From assembly GCA_965277805.1 (NCBI GenBank), contig OZ255842.1, forward strand, positions 992,001 to 1,056,000: DNA of 64,000 nt. Direction: 5' to 3'. This document shows positions 57,336 through 64,000 of the stretch, in pieces. The position numbers and the translations under genes were made by a program. The notes under the pieces were generated by a model. The model searched no databases. It was not told the DNA's origin and was given only the letters and a program-made list of their open reading frames with translations. Numbering within the stretch: position 1 is the stretch's first letter; the number at the start of each line of letters is the position of its first letter. The DNA comes from Candidatus Lustribacter sp. GTDB taxonomy: Bacteria > Vulcanimicrobiota > Vulcanimicrobiia > Vulcanimicrobiales > Vulcanimicrobiaceae.

Positions 57336-58652
57336 ATGACCCGATCGCTCTTCGCGCTCGTCATTGCGGCGACGCTCTTCGCCGGCTGCGCCAAGGCCGG
57401 CGGCGGAGGGCGGGCGCGCACGGCGCCGTCCGCAAACCCGATCCCGACCGTTAGCGCCAAGGTCACGACCGTGCGCGCGAGGTCGACGATTTCGGGCGTG
57501 ATCGCGCCGCTGCAAAACGTCGCCATCACGAGCCAGCTGGCCGAGCCGGCGGATAGCGTCGCCGTGAACGAAGGCGACCGCGTGCACTCCGGCGAGGTGA
57601 TCGCGGTGCTCGACACCGCCGACCTGCGCGCGCAGTTGGCGCAAGCGGTCGCGACCGTCGATACCGATCAGCGCACGGCTGAATCCGACGACGCCAAGGT
57701 CGCGCAATCGCGCTACACCTTGCGGCTGAACATCGATCAGGGCGGCGATCAGGTGCAAACCGCGCGCGCGGCGCTGGCGCAGGCCACCCAAACGCTCACC
57801 AACGACGAGACGAACCTCACCCGCGACCAAACGCTGCTCACCAACGGCTACGTCGCGCAGCAAGCCGTCGATCAGCAGAACACGCAAGTGCAAAACGATC
57901 GCGCGGCGGTGCGGACCGCGCAAGCGCAGTTGCAATCGGCGCTGACCAACCAGTCCGTGAACGGCACGAACAACGCCGGTCTCCAAGCCTCCAACGTCGC
58001 CTCGGCCGCAGCCGAAGCCCGCGCCGCGCATGCGGTGGTGGAGCAGGCGCGCGCAGCCGTGCAGCAGCTGCAAACGCAGATCGCGAAGGCGACGATCGTT
58101 TCGCCGATCGACGGCGTCGTGGTCAACCGCAACCTCAATCCGGGCGAGTATCCGGCGTCGCGCACGATCTTCACGCTGCAGCAACTCAACAACGTCTACG
58201 CCGAGCTGAACGCATCGAGCGCCGACACGTTCGCGATTCCGGTCGGCGCGCCGGTTACGATGAACGTCGCCGGCGCCAACAGCCAAACGTACAGCGGGCG
58301 CGTCGTCGCGGTCCTCGGGCAAGTCACGCCAGGTTCGACCAACTTCACGGTCAAGGTGCTGGTCGCGAATCCGGATCAGAAGCTGCAGTCCGGCATTCCG
58401 GTGACGGCAACCGCAACGTTACCGCCGGTCACGGGCGTCGGCATTCCGACCACCGCGTTTCTCGATGAAACGCACACGTCGGTCATGATTGCCGACGACG
58501 AGCTCGTCGATACCGTGGCCAAGACCGTGCACGTGCACGAGATCGGTTCCAACGCGACCACGTCGATCGTGACCGGCCTCAAACCGGGCCAAAGCGTCGT
58601 CGCGAACGGCCAACTCGGGGTTACCGACGGTCAATCGCTGGCCCAAGAGTAA
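57336..58652 (+). CDS. RND efflux membrane-fusion (periplasmic adaptor) lipoprotein
   Basis: Lipobox LFAGC; VNEGDRV, long coiled coil, IVSPIDGVV. Confidence 0.9.
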   Translation: MTRSLFALVIAATLFAGCAKAGGGGRARTAPSANPIPTVSAKVTTVRARSTISGVIAPLQNVAITSQLAEPADSVAVNEGDRVHSGEVIAVLDTADLRAQLAQAVATVDTDQRTAESDDAKVAQSRYTLRLNIDQGGDQVQTARAALAQATQTLTNDETNLTRDQTLLTNGYVAQQAVDQQNTQVQNDRAAVRTAQAQLQSALTNQSVNGTNNAGLQASNVASAAAEARAAHAVVEQARAAVQQLQTQIAKATIVSPIDGVVVNRNLNPGEYPASRTIFTLQQLNNVYAELNASSADTFAIPVGAPVTMNVAGANSQTYSGRVVAVLGQVTPGSTNFTVKVLVANPDQKLQSGIPVTATATLPPVTGVGIPTTAFLDETHTSVMIADDELVDTVAKTVHVHEIGSNATTSIVTGLKPGQSVVANGQLGVTDGQSLAQE

Positions 58653-58655
58653 ATA

Positions 58656-61600
58656 ATGCGCCTGACGCAACTGTTCGTCAACCGGCCGCCGCTGGTCTTC
58701 GTCCTCGTTGCCGTCGTTGCGCTCGCCGGCTGCTTTGCGCTGGCGACGCTCGTGCAGCAGAACACGCCCAATATCGACTTCCCAGTCGTGTCGGTCAGCG
58801 CATCGTATCCCGGCGCGCCGCCGTCGGAATTGCGCGACTCGGTCGTGCGGCCGATCGAAGACGCGATTGCGGGCGCGCCCAACATCGACCACATCAACAC
58901 GTCGATTCAGCAGAACCAGGCAACGATCAGCACGTTCTTCACGCTCGATTCGAACCAAACGACCGACCTCACCGAGGTGCAAGACCGCGTGCAGACCGCG
59001 CGCGCGGCACTCCCGTCGGACCTGCCGGCGCCGACCGTGCGCACGTTCGATCCCGCCCAAGCCACGATCACCACGCTCTCGGTCACGTCGCAATCGCTGA
59101 GCATCGCCGACCTCTCGGCGATCGTCACGAACACGATCGTGCCCGCGCTCGAACAAGTGCCGGGCGTTTCGAGCGTCACCGCCAACGGCACCGTAACGCC
59201 CGCGCTCGAGGTGAAGGTCGACCCGCAGAAGCTCTCGGGCTTCGGTTTCACGGCAAACGACGTGGTCAGTGCGATCCAGTCGAACAACGTGCGCGCGCCG
59301 GGCGGAGTCGCTTACGCGCCCAACCGTGAAACGACGATCGACATCCGCGGCGATATCCAAACGCCCGATCAGATTTCGAACCTGCTGCTCAGCGGCACGA
59401 CGACGGTGCTCAAGGGAGCGACCTCGCCGTCCGGGACGATCACGCAGAAGTACACCGGCACGAGCGGGTCGACGAATCAAGCGCTGGCGCTGAGCAGCAG
59501 CGCCGTGACGACCGGCGCCGCCGGTTCCGCGACCAACCCGTTCTCGACGCAAGCGCGGCTGCCGCGCATCGGTGACGTCGCGACCGTCTCCGACGGCTAC
59601 GAGCCCAAACGCGTCTACTCGTACGTCTCGGGCGTGCCGGCGATCACGCTGAACGTGCTGAAGGGGGCCGGCGCAAGCGAGGTGACGGCCTCGCGCGCCG
59701 TACAAGCCGCGCTGCCCGGCATCGAGGCGCAGTACCCCGACGTGCAGTTCCGCGTGCTCAACGTCCAGGCCGACTACACCCAGCAACAGCTGCTGAGCGT
59801 CGTGTACACGCTGCTCGAGGGCGTCGCCTTCACCGGCATCGCGATGCTGTTCTTTCTGCGTTCGTGGCGCAATGCGCTGGTCGTGATGGTCGCGATCCCG
59901 ACGTCGCTCTTCGTGACGCTGTTCGTGATGCGGCTCTTGAACTTTACCATCGACACCGTGTCGCTCTTGGCGATGACGCTGATCGTCGGCATCCTGGTCG
60001 ACGACTCGATCGTCGTGCTGGAGAACGTCGAGCGTCACTATGACGACGGCGAAGCCCCGCGCACCGCGGCGATCCTCGGACGCAGCGAAATCGGCTCGGC
60101 CGCGATCGTGATCACGCTGGTCGACGTCGTCGTATTCTTTCCGCTGGCGTTCTTGCCCGGCATCACCGGCCGCTTCCTCAGCGAATTCGGCATCGTGGTC
60201 GTGATCGCGACCCTCACCTCGCTTGTGGTGTCGTTCACCGTGACGCCGTCGCTGGCCGGCAACTGGTCGCTACGCTCGAACTGGAGGGCGCCGCGCTTCA
60301 TCGCGGCCTTCACCACCGGGTTCGCGCGCTTGCGCGACTGGTACACCTCGCGCGTTCTGCCGCTCGCGCTGCGCTACCCGATCCCGATCGTCGTGGTAGT
60401 CGGGCTGCTAACGGCCGGTGCGATCTCGCTGATCCCGCTCGGTGTCGTCGGCTTCGAGCTCTTCCCGGCGCAAGACCGCGGCCAGATTTTCGTGCAAGTG
60501 CAGTATCCGACCGGCACGCCGTTGACGACGACCGATGCGACGGTGCGCGAACTCACGCAGCACATTTTGGAATTGCCGGATATCCAGCGCGTCACGTCGG
60601 TCTCGGGCGCGTTGCAACAGGGCTTCGGCGGCTCGCTCAACCTCGGCTCGAACGGCCAGATCACGGTGTTCCTCAACGACAAGCGCACGCACTCAACCGA
60701 CGAGCTTGCGCGTCAGATGACGGGCATCGGACGGCGCTTCGGCCACGGCGCACGCGTGATCGCGATTCCGGCAACCGGCACGCGCGGCGGCAACTCGCAG
60801 CCGATCGACGTGACCGTGCAGACGACGCGCGGCGAACCCGACGCCTACGCGGTGCAGATCATGGGCGCGCTCGCCGACACACCCGGCACGGCCAACGTGA
60901 ACAGCTCGGCCGTGCGCTTCACGCCGCAGATCGACATCGAATTCAACCGCGATCGCGCTCGCGCGCTCGACGTGAACATCGGCTCGGCCGCACTCGCCGT
61001 ACGGGCCGCGTTCGGCGGCACGCTCGCAACGCAGTTCGACACCAACAACGGCACCAAGTACGTGCAAGTCCTTTACCCGATGGTGGACCAAACGAGCCTC
61101 AAGACGCTCGACTCGATCACGCTGCGGTCGGGCACCGGCGCGATCGTGCACCTCGGCGATATCGCGACGCTGGTCAATGCGCCCGCGCAAGCGCTGATCA
61201 CGCGCGTCAACCGCCAGACCGTGATCCACCTCGGCGCGAACGTCGAGAACGGCTATCTCCTCTCGAACGTTCAGCGCGACTTCCTCGCACGCGTGAAGGC
61301 GCTGCATCTGCCGAACACCGTGATCGTCGGCGCGGCGCCCGGCGGAAACCAGCAGAACCTGATCCTAACGGTGCAGGGTCTCGGCTGGGCGCTCGCGCTC
61401 TCGATCGTGCTCGTGTATCTGCTGATGGTCGCGCTCTACGATGCCTATCGCGCACCCTTCGTGATCATGTTCGCCGTGCCGGTCGCCGCGATCGGCGCGT
61501 TCGGCTTCCTCGCGATCACGCATCAGGGCTTGAATCTGTACTCGATCATCGGCGTGGTGATGCTGGTCGGACTCGTCAGCAAGAACGGGATCTTGCTGGT

Positions 61601-61922
61601 CGATCTGGCGGGCCATCGCGTGCGCTCCGGCATCGACAAGATCACCGCGATAGAAGAAGCGGCTCGCGTGCGCTTCCGGCCGATCGTGATGACGACGGTC
61701 TCGATGATCGCCGGCATGACGCCGCTCGCGCTCGCGCTCGACCCGGGCTCCGTAGCGAAACGCTCCCTCGGCACGGTCGTCATCGGTGGCCTGACGAGCT
61801 CGCTCGTGCTCACGCTCGTCCTCGTGCCGATCATGTTCATCTGGATCGCACCGGGCCCGCCACGTCATCCCGAGCTTGTCGAAGGACCGCTTCAACCGTT
61901 GCCCGCGCTGGAGCCGCACTGA
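58656..61922 (+). CDS. RND efflux permease (AcrB/MdtB-like)
   Basis: FVNRP, YPGA, GILVDDSIVVLEN, VSKNGILLVD, RFRPIVMTT; 1088 aa. Confidence 0.95.
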   Translation: MRLTQLFVNRPPLVFVLVAVVALAGCFALATLVQQNTPNIDFPVVSVSASYPGAPPSELRDSVVRPIEDAIAGAPNIDHINTSIQQNQATISTFFTLDSNQTTDLTEVQDRVQTARAALPSDLPAPTVRTFDPAQATITTLSVTSQSLSIADLSAIVTNTIVPALEQVPGVSSVTANGTVTPALEVKVDPQKLSGFGFTANDVVSAIQSNNVRAPGGVAYAPNRETTIDIRGDIQTPDQISNLLLSGTTTVLKGATSPSGTITQKYTGTSGSTNQALALSSSAVTTGAAGSATNPFSTQARLPRIGDVATVSDGYEPKRVYSYVSGVPAITLNVLKGAGASEVTASRAVQAALPGIEAQYPDVQFRVLNVQADYTQQQLLSVVYTLLEGVAFTGIAMLFFLRSWRNALVVMVAIPTSLFVTLFVMRLLNFTIDTVSLLAMTLIVGILVDDSIVVLENVERHYDDGEAPRTAAILGRSEIGSAAIVITLVDVVVFFPLAFLPGITGRFLSEFGIVVVIATLTSLVVSFTVTPSLAGNWSLRSNWRAPRFIAAFTTGFARLRDWYTSRVLPLALRYPIPIVVVVGLLTAGAISLIPLGVVGFELFPAQDRGQIFVQVQYPTGTPLTTTDATVRELTQHILELPDIQRVTSVSGALQQGFGGSLNLGSNGQITVFLNDKRTHSTDELARQMTGIGRRFGHGARVIAIPATGTRGGNSQPIDVTVQTTRGEPDAYAVQIMGALADTPGTANVNSSAVRFTPQIDIEFNRDRARALDVNIGSAALAVRAAFGGTLATQFDTNNGTKYVQVLYPMVDQTSLKTLDSITLRSGTGAIVHLGDIATLVNAPAQALITRVNRQTVIHLGANVENGYLLSNVQRDFLARVKALHLPNTVIVGAAPGGNQQNLILTVQGLGWALALSIVLVYLLMVALYDAYRAPFVIMFAVPVAAIGAFGFLAITHQGLNLYSIIGVVMLVGLVSKNGILLVDLAGHRVRSGIDKITAIEEAARVRFRPIVMTTVSMIAGMTPLALALDPGSVAKRSLGTVVIGGLTSSLVLTLVLVPIMFIWIAPGPPRHPELVEGPLQPLPALEPH
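61863..61890 (+). repeat. Palindromic repeat copy 10 (in frame in RND C-terminus)
   Basis: CGTCATCCCGAGCTTGTCGAAGGACCGC, read as RHPELVEGP. Confidence 0.85.
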
Positions 61923-64000
61923 TGTCGCTGACGCGCCTCTTCGTCGAACGTCCGACGCTGGTCACGGTCTTTCTCGCGTTGGTGCTGCTCGCCGGTACGA
62001 TCAGCGGCCAAGCTCTGATCCAGCAGCAGTTCCCAAACACGTCGACGCCGTCGATTCAGGTACTCGTGAGTTATCCGGGCGCCTCGACAACCGAGATGCG
62101 CGATGCGATCGTGCGGCCGCTCGAAGATCAGCTCGCCGGCGCGCCCGATCTCGATCACCTCGAAACGGCGATTCAGCCCGGCCAAGCCTCAATCGTCGCG
62201 GTCTTCCAGCTGAGCTCGAATCAAAACGACGACTTGGTGCAGGTGCAAGGCCGCGTGCAGAACGGCCAGCACTCGCTGCCCAACGACGTGCAGACGCCGC
62301 AGATCGCGATCTACAACCCGAGCGAAGCAGTCGTCGTATCGCTCGTCTTGCGCTCGCCGACGCTGAGCGTCGGCGATCTCTCATCGCTCGTCGTCAACAA
62401 GGTCGTGCCGTCGCTCGAACAGCTCCCGGGCGTCTCGTTCGTGCAGCAGAACGGCACCGTGACGCCGTCGCTTCAGGTAGCGGTCGATCCGCACCGGCTG
62501 AGCGCCTCCGGCTTCACCCTGACCGACGTCGTGAGCTCGCTGACGAACAACAACGTCCGCGCGCCGGGCGGCATTCTCTACAGCCCTAACCGCGAGACCA
62601 ACCTCGACGTGCGCGGCGACATCCAAACCGTCGCCAGCGTCGACAATCTCCTGCTGGGCTCGGGCACGAGCAGCACGACCGGCACCAACACTTGGAGCAC
62701 GTCGGCACGGCTCTTCAGCATCGGCGACGTCGCGAACGTGACCGACACCTACGAGACGCAGCGCGTGTTCGCGTACTCGAGCGGGATCCCGGCGGTCGAG
62801 CTGGACATCCAGAAGTCCGCCGACACCAGCGAGGTCGAGACGTCGAAGCACGTGCTGGCCGCGCTGCCCGGCCTGCGCCGCACGTATCCCGACGTGCAGT
62901 TCACGATCCTCAACGTGCAGTCGACGTACACGCAGCAGCAGCTCACCGGCGTGATGCGCACGCTGGTCGAGGCGGTGATCTTCACCGGTATCGTGATGCT
63001 GTTCTTCCTTCGCTCGTGGCGCAACGCGATCGTGGTGATGATTGCGATCCCGGCCTCGCTGCTCGTCACGTTGGCGGCGATGCGCCTCGCGAACTTCACC
63101 CTCGACACGGTGTCGCTCTTGGCGATGACGCTGATCATCGGCATTTTGGTCGACGATTCGATCGTCGTGCTGGAGAACGTCGAGCGCCACTTCCACCGCG
63201 GCGAAGGCCCGTCGGAAGCGGCGATCAAGGGCCGCTCGGAAATCGGCGTGGCGGCAATCGTCATCACGCTGGTCGACGTCGTCGTATTTTTGCCGATCTC
63301 GTTTTTGCCGGGATCGGTCGGACTGTTCTTGCGCGAGTTCGGCCTCGTGGTCACCGTCGCGACCCTGACGTCGCTGTTCGTGTCGTTCACGGTGACGCCG
63401 TCCTTGGCCGGTCGCTGGGCGCTTCTCTCGACCTGGCGGCCGTGGCCGTGGATCAACCGCTTCAGCGATGGCTTCGAGCGCGCGCGTTCGAGTTACGCCG
63501 ACCGCGTGCTACCGTGGGCGCTCGAACGCCGCGGCCTCGTGGCCGCAATCTCCGCGCTCTCGCTGGTCATCGCGGTGTCGCTCATTCCGCTTGGGCTCGT
63601 CGGTTTCGAGTACATTCCGCCGGTCGACCGCGGCCAGATCTACCTGACGATGACCTACCCGCCCGGCACGCCGCTCGCCACGACGCGCGCGGGATTGCTC
63701 AAGGTCGAGAGCGCGATCGACGGCAACCGCGACGTGCAAGCCGAATCATCGATGGCCGGTGCATACCTCGGCCAGCTGAGCGGCTATATCAACAACGGCG
63801 CGGTCGCGCAGATGAACATCTTCCTGCGCGAAAAACGCTCGCAATCCACGGCATCCTTGGCCGCGAGTTTTCAGCGCACGGCAAAACGGCTTGCGCCCTC
63901 GGCGACGATCGTCTCGGTACCGGCGACTGATATCGCCGGTGGTAACACGCAGCCGATCGACGAGACGGTCTCGAGTCTCGACGGTATCCCGGAACCCTAC
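61922..64000 (+). CDS. Second RND efflux permease (partial, runs off window end)
   Basis: ATG overlaps the previous TGA; MSLTRLFVERPTLV...YPGAS...GILVDDSIVVLEN; paralogue of the preceding gene; missing from the ORF track because it has no stop. Confidence 0.93.
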   Translation, partial: MSLTRLFVERPTLVTVFLALVLLAGTISGQALIQQQFPNTSTPSIQVLVSYPGASTTEMRDAIVRPLEDQLAGAPDLDHLETAIQPGQASIVAVFQLSSNQNDDLVQVQGRVQNGQHSLPNDVQTPQIAIYNPSEAVVVSLVLRSPTLSVGDLSSLVVNKVVPSLEQLPGVSFVQQNGTVTPSLQVAVDPHRLSASGFTLTDVVSSLTNNNVRAPGGILYSPNRETNLDVRGDIQTVASVDNLLLGSGTSSTTGTNTWSTSARLFSIGDVANVTDTYETQRVFAYSSGIPAVELDIQKSADTSEVETSKHVLAALPGLRRTYPDVQFTILNVQSTYTQQQLTGVMRTLVEAVIFTGIVMLFFLRSWRNAIVVMIAIPASLLVTLAAMRLANFTLDTVSLLAMTLIIGILVDDSIVVLENVERHFHRGEGPSEAAIKGRSEIGVAAIVITLVDVVVFLPISFLPGSVGLFLREFGLVVTVATLTSLFVSFTVTPSLAGRWALLSTWRPWPWINRFSDGFERARSSYADRVLPWALERRGLVAAISALSLVIAVSLIPLGLVGFEYIPPVDRGQIYLTMTYPPGTPLATTRAGLLKVESAIDGNRDVQAESSMAGAYLGQLSGYINNGAVAQMNIFLREKRSQSTASLAASFQRTAKRLAPSATIVSVPATDIAGGNTQPIDETVSSLDGIPEPY

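Noticed and set aside
19885-61890. Repeats as a CRISPR array
   Set aside because: Dispersed over kilobases, with no regular spacers and no cas genes.

Overview
High-GC bacterial chromosomal segment. The Terrabacteria-type RpoB, Gram-positive-type LexA box, hopanoid genes and many NMT1/SsuA-type binding proteins suggest Ca. Eremiobacterota/Vulcanimicrobiia, but this is inference only. Left to right: partial TetR regulator with an unusual N-terminal domain, kup, a delta-9-type desaturase, a small Cys/His protein, a stand-alone rpoB with long charged termini and no adjacent rplL or rpoC, an MFS pump, a 9-gene Wsp-like chemosensory/c-di-GMP operon, an AlkB-family gene with an SOS box, and a hopanoid cluster (hpnG-like, hpnB, shc) split by a ~15-kb catabolic island. 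Further right are smaller catabolic blocks (dienelactone hydrolase/Rieske oxygenase; cupins, CoA-transferase-like pair, acyl-CoA ligase), WYL and ECF regulators, and an RND efflux operon running off the end. The most striking non-genic signal is a CGTC/TGTC-tagged palindromic repeat family, (C/T)GTCATCCCGAGCTTGTCGAGGGA, at 10 loci. Nine loci are in the same orientation, five lie inside reading frames, and direct copies bracket two accessory blocks. Most copies sit in a halo where the + strand is G-poor and C/A-rich regardless of which strand is coding, which may be a local strand-specific mutational footprint. I saw no tRNA, rRNA, CRISPR array, integrase or intact transposase.
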